Positions 38,646-51,720 of a stretch of 64,000 nt of DNA are shown piece by piece (position 1 is the stretch's first letter; every line of letters begins with the position of its first letter). The notes beneath the pieces were generated by a model. That model saw only the letters and a program-made list of their open reading frames with translations, had not been told where the DNA came from and did not search any database. The translations under genes were made by a program, and so were the position numbers. Origin of the DNA: Sminthopsis crassicaudata (lineage: Eukaryota); contig NC_133622.1 in the NCBI RefSeq assembly GCF_048593235.1, positions 238,235,198-238,299,197 of the forward strand. The letters run 5' to 3'.

Positions 38646-39609
38646 TCATCATTATCTAAGAAAAGTAATTTCTTTAGATAATAGTCACTGTCTTCTTTTT
38701 CCTTCATGTCTCCTTTCTGAAAGTTCCATACTCCCAGAAATTTCAACCTATCCCGGTTTGGTGATGTATGTTCACAATTATGCAATGTATTATAATCAAA
38801 TATGAAAAAAAAACAAAACAATTTTATGATGTTTTTTCCATTAATCATGAGTAAAAAGAATATACTTATCTGTATCTTCCTCACTTCATTCCATCTAAAT
38901 AACTAATTTTTTTAATTTCTTAAAGGATTTATTTTTTGTTCAAAGTGGGCAATATTTAAACGATTATGGAACCACTTATAGTTTTCTATAGAATTATTGT
39001 AATATGCAAAGTGGTACTAAAATTTGAGAAATAATAAGAAAATAAAAAGTATGATAAAGAATGATATGATAAATCAATGTTAAATTCTGAGTTGTATCAG
39101 GAACTTGAAGTAGAGAGGGATTTAGCAAAATTTCATGGAAATAGGAATTAATTACCACTTATAACTAAAAGATATGTGTTATTCCCATAAACGAAGAGTT
39201 ATGGACAACCCAAAGAATAATTAAATGTTTTCTGAGAAATGAAAATGAAAATACAAAGGTGCCATTTGAAGAGAAATAATTTCATCAAGGTCAGAGGAAT
39301 AAGTAATTAAGAAATAGCTAGTTAATGCCTGCCTTCTAAATGTGACTGAATCAACTATTTTTCCAACTTGTGAAGACAGTGAGAGAGGGTCTGATATTGA
39401 CATATAGTCAATATCAGAGTATGACAAAGAGGCTTCAACAGCCTTTCAAACTGAGAAAACAACTTCCCACTTTTGGTGATTGTCAAAGACGTAAAAGTTA
39501 TATTACAGAGAAAATAGACTAAAGATTGCTAATATTTAGTTTAAATAATAAAATCTTCAATAAAAATATATCCATTGGGTCCATCCTGGCCATGAACTAA
39601 AGGAAAAGT

Positions 39610-39611
<2 letters not shown>

Positions 39612-39653
<42 letters not shown>
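39612..39653. repeat. (GT)n microsatellite
   Basis: Directly visible. Confidence 0.95.
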
Positions 39654-39656
<3 letters not shown>

Positions 39657-41561
39657 CATATATTTATATAAGAAATTATTAGGTTGTTAAAAATCATTTC
39701 AGAATGCATAAAAAAGAAGAGATTGTATATAATTGCCTGTACCTTAAATTTCAGTGCTGCATTTTTTCTGAGATAAGTAATCATGTGACTATGATAAATC
39801 TAGAGCCCATATGAAAATTTGCAGATCAGAGGACCCCTAGAATGTGAAAGGGCCAACCCAAGGTAGAAATGGAGAAGGCCAAAAATCCCATATCCTAACA
39901 TGGTAGGAGTAGGTTCCTGAGCAGTTATTACAGCCTTTTGACATAAGGAAACATTCTTCAATAAGTAAACAAGCAAATAAATGAATTAAAAGATTAATTC
40001 AATATATTAATGACTTGGTAAATCAAATAAAAATAAGTGGGTAAATAAATAAGAAGGTTTTTGAAACTGAAATGAGATATAGTAGGAAAGTATTTATCAC
40101 AGTGCCCAGTATATAATAAGTTCTAGGTAAACATTATTATAATTATTATAAAAAAACAACCTAAAATAAAGCCTAGATAACCTAACTGCATAATGTGAAT
40201 CCAAAATTTACAACAGCAACAGTAATAAAAGCAAGAGTTCTATTCACACTATCAGATACAGCAAAAATATTAGTTGAAAAGACAGACTAAAAAATTTGCT
40301 CAAATCAGGTATATGAAGCCATTACAAAAATTTAACTTATTTGCTTTAAATACCTGGTATTAAAATTCATAAAGAAAAAAATCAACTAGAATAAAGAATA
40401 GATAATTATATAAAAATGACATGATATATCAGTGTTCCTCTTTCTGTTTTGGATAAGTCTAAATGAATGCTAAAAAAAAGGGAAAACAAATTGAAAAAAT
40501 GGAGAAAACAGTTTCTTTTCCTTCTAAAGAAAATATATACATTTTTCAGTTCAACATGAAATCTTTTATGAAAAATAATTTTATTTTAGAACAGATATCG
40601 TAAGCAAATTCTTTGCATATAACACAATTGAAATAGGAATCAAAATTCATTTTTTCAAAAAAAGAAAACTCAGTTGGGACTTATCAACTGAATCATAAAT
40701 AATGTGTAGGCCAAAGGAAAAGAAAATCTTTAAAATAGTATGTTAAAATGGTATTAATGCCATAATTTTTCATTAACAAATTTATGGTATGTAACTAAAT
40801 TTAAACTCAGAAGAGGGAAAACTTATCCCTAGAAATATATACCTAACCAAAATAGAATAAGAATAGTGATATTTTATAAATTATACATATATGTATAATA
40901 TTCATTAATCATATAATGTTAAATATATGTGTATATTATATATGATATATTGTTAATCATATGTGCATATACATATACATGTGCACATATACTCACATAC
41001 ACATCTATAAAAAGATGCATTACCTCATATTAGAATGGAAATATGTAAAAAGAGAGATTAATAAAAGTGAAAGTTCATAATAAATTGAACTAATGAGCAA
41101 AACTAGGAACTGAACATGTAAAAAATAAAAGGTAATCAATGACTTGATTTAATTTTAAAAAAAAGAAAATATATCACTATCAAAAATGAAATTTGAATAT
41201 ACCATGGAAGATGATGAAATCAAACAATTATTAGGAGTTATTTTGACCAGTGATATGCCAGTAAAATTGATAATTTAAGGGAAATAGATGAATACTTACC
41301 AAAAATTATGAACTAACCAGGTAAACAGAAGAAAAAACATACATAACATTATTTTAAAAAGAAAAAGAAAGAAAGAAAGAAAGAAAGAAAGAAACAAGCC
41401 ATAAATGAACTCCCTAAAGAATAATTTCTATGATTGGATGAATTCACAAGTTAATCCTGCCAAATATTTAAGAAGCCATCAATCCTAATAACCCATTAAC
41501 CATTAAAAAAAAAAAAAAAAACAGATAAAAAAGTTCAGCCAAATTCTTTTTATGGTACAAA

Positions 41562-42105
41562 TGATGAGAACTAGATAAGGAGTACCTAAATGAAATTATG
41601 TTTAATTGAGGTCTAGTGGCAGGTTCAGGGTACAGGGAGTCAAATAGAGCTCCCCTGCAACTCCTTTGGATTCAGCACAAGGATACAGAGTTAAATGAGG
41701 TCTAGTAGCAGTGCAAGAGTCCTCTGTAAAGGAATTTAGAGACCCAAAAACCTAGATTGATAAAAGAGATTTATTATGGGATTTAGAAGTAAGGTTAACA
41801 GGTAGTAAAACACCAGAGCCTAGGGTTGGCAGAAATCCTTGACATGACATAAGGATAGCGTGTTTGGGATCTCTGCAAATAGTGGATGCAGTTTAGCTCT
41901 TTTAATAGGGGGGCTTTGGACCACCTAAAGGTGCCTGTGGGTAGAGTCCCAGGTTGGCTTCCTGCTTGCTCTTCAGCCAGGGATAGAATTTGAATAGAAT
42001 TCAATGGGTTTTTAGATAAGGAGAAAACTCTTTGTGCTTGGGGTGGGGCAGAGTCCCTGAGGCAGAGTCCAAGGAGGTTTTAATAGTTTTGGGGTTTCCT
42101 CATCA
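41562..42105 (-). mobile_element. Solo LTR with 4-bp TSD (class I / gamma-like by TSD length)
   Basis: Terminal inverted repeat TGATGAG...CTCATCA. TSD CAAA at 41558-61 and 42106-09. TTTATT near 41770 gives AATAAA on the minus strand. Confidence 0.85.
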
Positions 42106-42974
42106 CAAACACTGATGCTTAAACTAGAAAAAGTAAAAATAAAGAATGGAAATTATAGATAAATTTTTCTAATGAATGCCAAGGCTAAACAAACAAGCAA
42201 ATAAATGACATGAAATGAAATATTACAAATTACATGTTCAGTAATATCACAATGATCATTTGCCATGATCAGATAAGATTTAAACCAGAATTGAAGGAGT
42301 AATTCAATATTATTAAAATTATAAGCATAATTGACCATGTTAGTCACAAATAGAAACACAAAAGACAAAATACCACATGCATTGCTACTAAAACATCAGA
42401 AAACATAAGATTTTAATGGATCATCTTATAAAATGATATGCAGTATTTATTTAATACCAAAAGGAAACATAAATATTTGTAATGGAGACAAGCCAAAGGC
42501 TTTTTCAATAATGTTAGGGGTGAAGTAACAATATTCATGATCACCAAAACTATTATTAAAAAGTATATTGGAAATGATATCTTTAGTAATAAGGAAAAAG
42601 AAGTCCAAGCCGTAAGATTAAGACAGGAGAAAACAAAACAATCACTCTTTATAGATGAAGCAGTATATTTACAGAAGCCTATAGAATCACTAAAGGAAAA
42701 AGAAAAAAAACAAAAACAAAAACTTAACAAAAGAATGAAAATCCACCAGGTGGAGAAAGATAAATTCTATTTAAAATCATTGGAATTAATAATTTTTTTT
42801 TAAAATCTTGTCAATCTACTTGCTAAGACAAAGCCAGGGGTCCTATGATACAATAACAAAGCACTAAGAGAAAACAATTGTCATTGTTCATGAGTAACAA
42901 GAGCCAATAACAATGAAAATTCTGCCTAAGAGAAATCATTCAACCATAATTGTCTCCTTAAGCTATTAGTACCA

Positions 42975-43170
42975 GTGCTGACTCTTTGAGATCTCATTTG
43001 AGGTTTTCCTGCCAAAAATACTGGAATGTATCATAATTTTTTTTTCAGCTCATTTTTCTGATGAAGAAACTTTGACATCACATTGAATTAAGTGATTTGC
43101 CCATGATATACAGTTAGTAAGAGTCTGAGGCTAGATCTGAAATCAAGTTCCCTTGAGTCCAGGGACATTG
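42975..43170 (-). mobile_element. MAR1-like marsupial SINE
   Basis: GACTCTTTGAGATCTCATTTGAGGTTTTCCTGCCAAAAATACTGG...TAAGTGATTTGCCCATG...TCTGAGGCTAGATCTGAA resembles the recalled MAR1 consensus in reverse. Confidence 0.7.
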
Positions 43171-43207
43171 CTCTGCTGTATTACATTGTTTTATATTTTT
43201 AATTTTT

Positions 43208-43750
43208 GACCTCAATGTTCATTGGAGACAATGTCAACAACCATGATGTTAAAAGATGCTCCTCCTTTTGAAAGGAAGTTATAGCAAATTTGGATAGCAT
43301 CCTAAAAAGTAGGGTTTCATAAAATTATAATTTTTCCAAGAAACAATTCATGGCTGTGAGAATTGATTTATGAGGAAAGCTAAGAATTTAGAAGTCACAC
43401 TTTCTAATTGTGGAGCTACAGAAAACTTTTGACAGTCCCTTAGACAACAAGGAGGTTCAATCAGCCAATATTTAAAGATTAATTCAGACTATTCATGCCA
43501 AGGTCAAATACTAAAGCTAAAGCTGAAATACTTTGGCCACCTAATGAGACGAGGCTCATTGGAAAGGACCTGATGTGGAGAGAAATGGAAAGTAAAAGGG
43601 GATGGCAGAGATCCAGATGCAAAGATAGTATCATGGAAATATGGGAAAAAAAGACTTGGATAGTCTTTGAAAAAAAGTGAAAGATACAAGGGCCAGGTGT
43701 GCTATGGTCTATGTGGTCATGATGAGTAAATATGATTACATGACTGAACA
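43208..43750 (+). mobile_element. RTE/BovB-like LINE 3' fragment (best-preserved copy)
   Basis: Frame reading GQILKLKLKYFGHLMRRGSLER, matching BovB GLMLKLKLQYFGHLMRRTDSLEK. Ends in the typical CTATGGTC...CATGA...ACATGACTGAACAA tail. Confidence 0.85.
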
Positions 43751-43997
43751 AACACTGACAATATTGGAAGAAGGTATACTTGTCTGAGAATCTGCAGATT
43801 TTCTTTGAAAACTAAGTCAATAAGAAATTGAGTAATAAATTTGTGGAATGAATCAAGTTTACACTCCACTGTAGTAAATGACAATAACAGTCTAGTGTTT
43901 GATACACTCAAAGATCCAATATTTGGGGGTAAGTAATTATTTCATAAAAACTGCTAGGAGAACTGAAAAGCAGATTGGAAGAAACTAGCTATATACT

Positions 43998-44325
43998 TGC
44001 TGGAACTCTGTCTTCCCAGAAATCAGCCGGAGTCAGGATCACCAAAAATCTTTATTCTTGGTCTTTTGAGGTCCCTGTCAGGGGATTAAATCTAGCAATC
44101 TCCATACCACCTTCTTCTCTGCCCACCAGCAGGAGAATGAATCAATCTCCTCCTCCTGCTCCACCCACACATGTCACTTCCCCTTCTTTGTCCCACCAAT
44201 TGAGCCAGCACAGAATAGTTGGGGAGGGTCATCTTTCAAACATGTTATTAGAGAATTGTCCAATTGTCAATTAGTCTCACGTGCTCCATTATCCAAGTAC
44301 ATTTGCTCAGTTCTAGCCCTTTACA
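43998..44325 (-). mobile_element. Solo LTR with 6-bp TSD (class II-like)
   Basis: Minus strand reads TGTAAAGGGCTAGAAC...AATAAA...AGTTCCAGCA. TSD TATACT at 43992-97 and 44326-31. Confidence 0.9.
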
Positions 44326-45699
44326 TATACTAAAAGTTCATATCATATACTTAGATAAGGACAAAGAATATATTACTTAGACATAACTGATGAAATCATA
44401 AACAAATTAGGGATGTGGGAATATTTTGTTTGCCATATATATGGAAAAGAAAAAAATATATATATATGACAAAACCAGAAAGAAAGAACAATAGGGTATA
44501 TGCAGTGGATAACTCAAATATCATTAAATTTAAAAAAAAAATGAATGCAGCCAAAATTAAAAGAAAACTGAGGGAAATTTTGAAAAAAAGGGAAAAAAAA
44601 AACTTTACAAGTTCCTTTGATAAAGGCTTATTTTGCAAATAAATGGGTCCTCCTGTCTTCAGATTCAATGCTCTATTCACACACCTATCTAGATGTTCTT
44701 TTACAATGTACAGGGACCCAAGTCAAATTTATATGAACATAAAACTTAATTCAAATGATTAATGGTCAAAAATATAAATAAGCAGTTTTCAGAAGAAAGC
44801 AAAACTACTTATAATAATATAAAAATGTTCTAAAGCACTGTTGTTTAGAAAAATGCAAATTAAAGAACTCTGAGGTATCACAAGAAAAATGATCATTGTT
44901 TGATGGAATGTGGAAAAACTGAGACACTATTGCACTATTGGTGATGCTGTGATTTAACCCAACCATTTTTGACAGCAATTTGAAGCTGGGATGTAAAATG
45001 TTGCATACTCTTTGATAAATCCAGAAATAATCCTTAGGGGTTATAGCCAAAAGATATAGAGAAAGAAAAAAAAATAGATATATGTGTACCAAAATATTTG
45101 TAACAGGTTTTTTTGTGACAAGCAATTGGAAATTGAGGGGATATACATCAATTAGAGAATGACTGATTAAGTTGTGGCATGTGATTTTTATGAGATGTTA
45201 TCTTGCTGTAAAAAGTAACAGGCAAGAAAGATATTTTCAGAAAAAAAAAAAACTTGAGAAAACCTATATGAACTGATGTAGAGTAAAATAAATAGACTCA
45301 AGAGAACATTGTATAAGCAACAGCAATAATGTAAAGATGATGAACTGAGAATGGCTTATCTATTGTCAGCAATATAATAACTAAGACAATTCTGGAAGAC
45401 TTACAAAGAAAAGTGCTATCTATTGTCAGAGAAAGAACTGTATATACTTTCTTTTATTAAATTTGTTGTTTCTCTTTTATGTCTACATTGTCTTTGTAAT
45501 ATGACCAACATAGAGATTTTTACATGATTGTATATGTATAATTTATACCAAATTGCTTGCTCAATGAGAAGAACGATAAAGAGAGGTAATAAAGAGAAAA
45601 TTTGTAACTCAAACTTTATGAAAAATACAAATATTGAAATTGTTTATTTATATGAAATCATGGAAAAAGTTTTTGAAAAGAAAATAGCCAATACTAATT

Positions 45700-47067
45700 T
45701 TGTATCAATTTTCCTAATCCTGAAATGATATCATGTGAAATCTTTCTAACAGAAGACTCTGCATCCTTGTGTAAACTCAGGAGGATTGGTCTTAATTGAA
45801 CATTCACTCCATGGCTTTGAAGGTAGAGAATGGAAACCCCAAAGACAGAGGAAAGAGCCAACTAGACATTTTTTCCATAAACAATTCACCAAATCCCACC
45901 TCTACCCCTAAGGCAAAGCCCTTCAAAAATCAATAATTAGATCCTCTGAGTAGGAAGTATGAGACATGAGAACAGGTCAGTATTTTTTAATAGCCTCTTT
46001 AAATAAGTTGTAAACAAAGAAGAAATCTCTGGTGGACAGGTTATGTAAGAGGTGGAATAGCTTGAGAGAATCTCTTGTACTCATTTCTGCCACAGGCTTT
46101 CTCTATTGTCTTATGGTCATAGAACTGAGCCTCTCATTATCCACTCTTTTACTAAAGCTAAATTCAATCTAAATTTTTCTGGGAATATCATTTCAATCCC
46201 AGCATTTCTCAAGGAGGTTCAGAGCTTGAATTATTTTGACCAAAAATATTGGTTTTCATGTATCTCTAAAATGTTGCTTTGAGGTATACTACACCTTACC
46301 CCTTAAAAGAAGAAGTTTGTTATGAGAAGCTCCATTGTGAACATGGATAATCCATGCATACTTATATAGAACTGAAAATGTTTTATTTCACAGGGATACT
46401 CCTGAATGTATCAGAAGCTACCCTCATCCAAATTAACAACAAAATGTAAGTTGTTGTTTTTTTGTTTTGTTTTGTTTTTTTAGCTTAGCATTAAATTAAA
46501 TTAAAATTTAATTCAAAATGAACTACCATTTGAATACTGTATTTCATGAAATACATTTTTGGTAGTTGCCTAACACTTTTTGTAAAGACATTTACAATAA
46601 TATATCAGATAATACAGGTAGCTAGAGAAGTAGGTTATGAGCCAGGCTTTTATTTATGAAAACCCAGATTCATAAGTCTTACCTTAACAAAATAGATGGG
46701 ACATTGGGCAAGTCCCTTAACCCCAAACAAATCTCTTTGATTATAAATTTCAAAGGAGGTGTGAATGTGTATTGGTAAGGGATTTCCTTTGAGAGAGGCT
46801 AAATGAATGAATCATAGGTCAAATTTGACAACAATAAATTTCATGAAACACATTTATCTATTCTTTATTCATGAATTATTGACCAGTGCCAGGTATTAGT
46901 TTGGGGCTTCTAAAATATCATGCATATATTGCACCATAGTGACAGAAGGTTATCTTAGGTAAATTTTTCACCCACAGAAGAGAAGATTTCCATTAACAGA
47001 ACTTCTTCCCAATGACTCAGACCTTTTGGATTTTTTAGTAGTATCAAGTTCTCTCTGTCTCTCTGTG

Positions 47068-47114
<47 letters not shown>

Positions 47115-47260
47115 AGTGTTTTTCCCACTATGGTTCAGGAATTTTGGTTATAATAGATGTTGTCAAAGACTTTAATCCTTTGAGAAAATAAAGATTTCCA
47201 TGAGCCCAAACTGTTTTGTTCATAGAAATATCATTTAAATATTTCATATATTTATCTTCA
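45700..47260 (+). promoter_or_regulatory. Conserved upstream block of OR4; candidate promoter region
   Basis: Paralogue of the other upstream blocks. TAATTAGATCCTCTGAG at 45934-45950 and AG|GTCAGT near 45975. Confidence 0.4.
47069..47110. repeat. (TG)n microsatellite
   Basis: Directly visible. Confidence 0.95.
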
Positions 47261-47409
47261 TTGTTTTGTTGTTGAACTACAAATTATTTCAGCAAGATTT
47301 TTTTTTAATCTAGGCCTAAAGAGTAGGAGAAAAAGGGATAAAACAATAGTTAAAGCAAAAAAATTGGAATGAATACAGCAAATGGACCCAAAGATTTGAG
47401 GTAACTTGT

Positions 47410-47665
47410 TGACCTAGGGTATAAAGCATGGAGCCTAGGGTATGAGGGAGCCGATTTCAAATCTAGCTTCAAATACTTTAGTTGTATGTCACTCTTTAAA
47501 TCACTTAATATCTTCTAACTCAGTATATTCGCTTCTATTGTGTATATAAAGAATATTCCTTACCTCACAGATTTGTTGCATGGATAAAGTGACATATTAT
47601 CTAGAAAATGCACTGCAAACTTAAAAAAAAAAAAAAAAAAACAACCTTATAAATTTTATCTATTA
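47410..47665 (+). mobile_element. MIR SINE
   Basis: TTTCAAATCTAGCTTC...TCACTTAA...CTCAGT...CTTACCTCACAG...GCACTGCAAAC core-SINE pattern; paralogue at about 31700-31920. Confidence 0.65.
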
Positions 47666-48204
47666 TCACCATAGTTCTTTGAGTTGTGAATCTATGTATA
47701 TGGTTGTACATATGTATGCTTGCCTATGAGTGTTTTATGAAATATATGAACATTTGGATTTTCATAGGTAAAGTAAGCATGAGGTATTACACTTTAGAAC
47801 TGCAATCTTAAAGTAGAAAAATAAATAATAAATTCAGATGACTCCCAGTTAAGGTGTTTTTTTCTGGGGAAACATTCTATAATCAGCATATCAATAAAAA
47901 CAATAAGCACATCTTCCAGAGCACATGTCTGAGGTATCTTTTCCTGCCTTTAACATGAATCGGAGCATAATGGACTGAGAGCAAGAGGTGATATTTTGCC
48001 TCTGATGCTACATATTACACTCAGGTAACAACATGGCACTTTCATAGCTGAGAAAGTACAATGAAAGATGGAGGTTTTTTCCTTATCTTTTTTTTTGACT
48101 ATCTATATATTTATTTTGCAATTGATATGCACAATAAGGACAAAAACAATTTCTTCATTGATCATGTGCACTACCTACCTACCTACCTATCTATATCTAT
48201 TTAT

Positions 48205-48543
48205 TTATTTTTTTATTTTTTAAAATTAATTTTATAATTATAACATTTGTTTTGACAGTACATATGCATAGGTAATTGTTTTTTTTACAACATTATCCCT
48301 TGTACTCCCTTCTGTTCCGAATTGTTCCCCTCCTTCCCTCCACCCCCTCCCCTAGATGGCGGGCATTCCCATACATATTAAATATCTTATAGTATATCCT
48401 AGGTACAATATATATGTGCAGAACCGAATTTTGTTGTTGTGGTTGTTGTTGCAAAGGAAGAATTGGATTTGGAAGGTAAAAAATAATCTGGGAAGAAAAA
48501 CAAAAACAAAAACAAAAAAAATGCTCACAGTTTACATTCATTT
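48205..48543 (-). mobile_element. Young L1 3' UTR, antisense; same subfamily as 58125-58692
   Basis: Reverse complement nearly identical to 58340-58650 (GAATGTAAACTGTGAGCATT...TATATATTGTACCTAGGATATACTATAAGATATT). Confidence 0.9.
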
Positions 48544-50600
48544 AGATGTGTTTTTTTTTTTCAAAGAAAATATTGAGAATAGAGAACTGAAGACTATGTC
48601 TTGTGAAAATTCCATTCTTTTCTAATAACTAAATGTTTTAAGTACCTAATTTGTGCAAGCTGATGTGTTAAACTCTCAGATGAAAAGTTTACAATGAAAC
48701 AATTTTTACTCCCAAATAAACATGGTTTATTGGATGAATATACTATATACATATGTATATATCATGTCATGATTATTTGAGGAAGGAGAAAGAAAATTAA
48801 CAAATGCTGTTATGAAGGTAGCAATCAAAATAGAGTTAATACCTGAGTTTAAATTTAAAGAAAAGTCTCCTGAAAACAAATGACAATGGACTAGAGGATT
48901 GTTTAAGCTGTGAGTCTGTATGAATTTATAAAAGGATGTCCAAGAAATTGTTAATAGTTCAATTAGAGAGAACCACAGAGTTCATGAAGGGAAACTGTGA
49001 ACACCCAGAAATTAATTTGAAGCCAAATTGATAAGGCCATAAATTTTAGAAAGGGAGGCTTAGAAGAGGACAAAAAAGAGTTAAGTGGAAAAGAAAGAAT
49101 AATAGAAGTAAAGAAATAAAGAACATGTAGGAGAAGGGGTTGTACAACAGTATTAAAACTAAATGGAAGACCAGAAGGATGAACCTTAAATAGAGGATAT
49201 CACAATCGAAAATCGAGACATACCAGTTTTGGAAAGTAGTCTTATAGCCTATTAAATACAAAATGTTGAAAAGGATGTCTTAAAATGTCTTAAGCTCTAT
49301 AAATTAAAAGAAGAGTACCTTAATTTGGCCTAGATAATATAATTAAAATTAATGTGAGGATACATTTGGCTCACAATGAGAACCCCTGTAGGGACTGAAT
49401 GATACCAAATGGAGAAGACATTCAAATTTTGGTTGACTAGAAGATTCCAAATTTCATTTCCATGTGTGCAATATTGTAACCATGAGCAATTGAGAAACAA
49501 GGAGGCTTATTGGAGATCTTTTTTTTTTTTCCCTTAATGATTAAAGCTTATTGGGGATCATTTTTTGTCCTTGATGATTGAAATTTGTATTTGATGAACT
49601 GGATTTTAATTTTTTATTTGAAAAATTGCATTTTAAATGTTACTTTGTAATTTATTACTTATCGAACCCTCAATTTGGAAATGAAGAAATTAAAATAGGT
49701 AATTATATCACATGGAGGTATAATTTTAGGAATGTTAAAATTTTATGCAGCACGTTCTTCACAAAACACAAGTAATCTGGGTAGTTAAATAGGAATTAAT
49801 TTTAAATGACAGATGAGGAGAGTAGATCTAGTAAATAAATAAAAAAAAATAGCCATTGTGAAAACAGAACTCCTCATCCCCAGGCTTTTGTTTCATTTTC
49901 TTAAATCTGAATTACATGAAGAAAAATTTTGTTCATTGATGAAGAATAGTTTCTTTAAAGGTGTCATAACAATAAAAATGACCCAATTTTTCCTTTACGC
50001 TTTTTCTAAGAACATATGGCAAAATAAAGAAGGACAATATTATGAGTCAAGAACAAGTTGAAAATAGAAATGAGTCCAGTGAGCTTTGTTCTTTGTGGCT
50101 TCTCTAGAATCTTCCATCTATAAGATTTTAAGTGTCTGTCAACAAATTCAAAATGTCAGCTTATTAGTAACAATAAATAATGAGATATTATTATCTTAAT
50201 TTGTTGATCATACCAAAATTTAAAAAAAATAAGAATGATTGGTAGTGTTTGATGAAAATTTGCCAACACATGGATTTAATGCTACTCACACAAATAGAAC
50301 TTGGTCAAGATCCTTCTATCCTAAAATGTACTTCACTTTCACCATGAAAGATAAATTTTTGCCAGGAATGATTCTCATGAAACAGGGAACTGTTTAATTA
50401 AATTAATTAAATGGTGGAGTAGGCCTTTGGAAGGTGTAAAGTCATAATCACTTGAGATAGTTTAAAAAAATATTTGAGTCTTTGTTCTAGATGGTTTATT
50501 TACACTTATCTACTGGATTATTTTAAGTATTGTATAATTTACTTATTTTCTTTGTAGATAAAGCACATCTCTGGAAATTCTGTTCTTTCTTTTTATATAG

Positions 50601-51527
50601 ATGGAAAAAGGAAGGAATGTGACAGAATTCATCTTATTAGGACTTACACAGAATCTGAAGATGCAGAAAGTAATATTTGCCTTGTTTTTGATCTTATACA
50701 TGGTAACACTTACAGGCAATGTTCTCATTATGGTGACAATCATCAACAGTCAGACTCTAAACTCCCCTATGTATTTCTTCCTGGCACACTTATCTTTTAT
50801 AGATACAATGTTTTCATCTTCTTCAGCACCTAAACTTATTATAGACTCCCTAAAAGAGAAGAAAACAATCTCCTTCAATTGGTGCATGACCCAAGTCTAT
50901 GCAGAACACACCTTTGGGGCTGCTGAGATCATCTTGCTTACAGTGATGGCCTATGATAGGTACGTTGCCATCTGTAAACCACTCCACTATACTACAATCA
51001 TGAGCAAGAAGTTGTGTGGTCTGCTTGTGGGAGTAGCTTGGACAGGGGGCTTTCTCCATGCAACCATCCAGATTCTTTTCACAATCTGGTTGCCCTTCTG
51101 TGGACCGAACATTATAGATCACTTCATGTGTGACTTGTACCCTTTGCTCAAACTTGTCTGCATGGATACATATACCCTTGGTATATTTGTGGCAGCTAAT
51201 AGTGGCTTTAACTGTCTGTTAAATTTTCTCTTGTTGATGATCTCCTATGTGGTTATTCTGCATTCCCTGAAGAATCACAGTGTGGAAGGCAGACGCAAAG
51301 CCCTCTCCATCTGTGTCTCCCATATCACTGTGGTTATTTTATTGTTTTTGCCTTGCATATTTGTATATCTGAGACCAGTGAAGACTCTTCCCATAGATAA
51401 AGCTGTGACTATCTTTTATAGTATGGTGGTTCCCCTGTTAAACCCTTTAATTTACACATTAAGGAACACAGAGGTAAAAAATGCTATGAGGAAGCTATGG
51501 AGTCAGAAAGTAAATTTAGATAAGTAA
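50601..51527 (+). CDS. OR4C12-like: OR4: olfactory receptor 4C12-like, intact, 308 aa
   Basis: Complete ORF with OR motifs; TM6 motif reads KALSIC rather than KALSTC. Confidence 0.94.
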   Translation: MEKGRNVTEFILLGLTQNLKMQKVIFALFLILYMVTLTGNVLIMVTIINSQTLNSPMYFFLAHLSFIDTMFSSSSAPKLIIDSLKEKKTISFNWCMTQVYAEHTFGAAEIILLTVMAYDRYVAICKPLHYTTIMSKKLCGLLVGVAWTGGFLHATIQILFTIWLPFCGPNIIDHFMCDLYPLLKLVCMDTYTLGIFVAANSGFNCLLNFLLLMISYVVILHSLKNHSVEGRRKALSICVSHITVVILLFLPCIFVYLRPVKTLPIDKAVTIFYSMVVPLLNPLIYTLRNTEVKNAMRKLWSQKVNLDK

Positions 51528-51720
51528 ACAGACCTCTAGAGAAACATTCCCATCGATAATCATTTACAAGGACTGAGAGCCCAGTTTTAAATAGAACTGG
51601 TCTACTGGTCGTTATTTTGGGAATATGAAATTTAAAGAATATCACATTTAATATTGTAGCAAGCATAAGTTGCTTTTTTTTAAACCAGTCAATTATTGTT
51701 TAGAATTGTTCTTTGAGGTC

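Larger units (their letters stand above)
40230..45665 (+). mobile_element. Old L1 ORF2 remnant, the longest surviving paralogue; hosts two LTRs, a MAR1 and an RTE
   Basis: Decayed L1 RT-like segments at 42110-42760 (e.g. SLFIDEAVYLQKP, equivalent to SLFADDMIVYLENP) followed by a 3' end matching the other units. Confidence 0.7.

Noticed and set aside
45700-51527. OR4 as an A/B chimera (OR2-like upstream block, OR1/OR3-like coding region)
   Set aside because: The tree (OR2,(OR4,(OR1,OR3))) with retained ancestral states explains the pattern without recombination.
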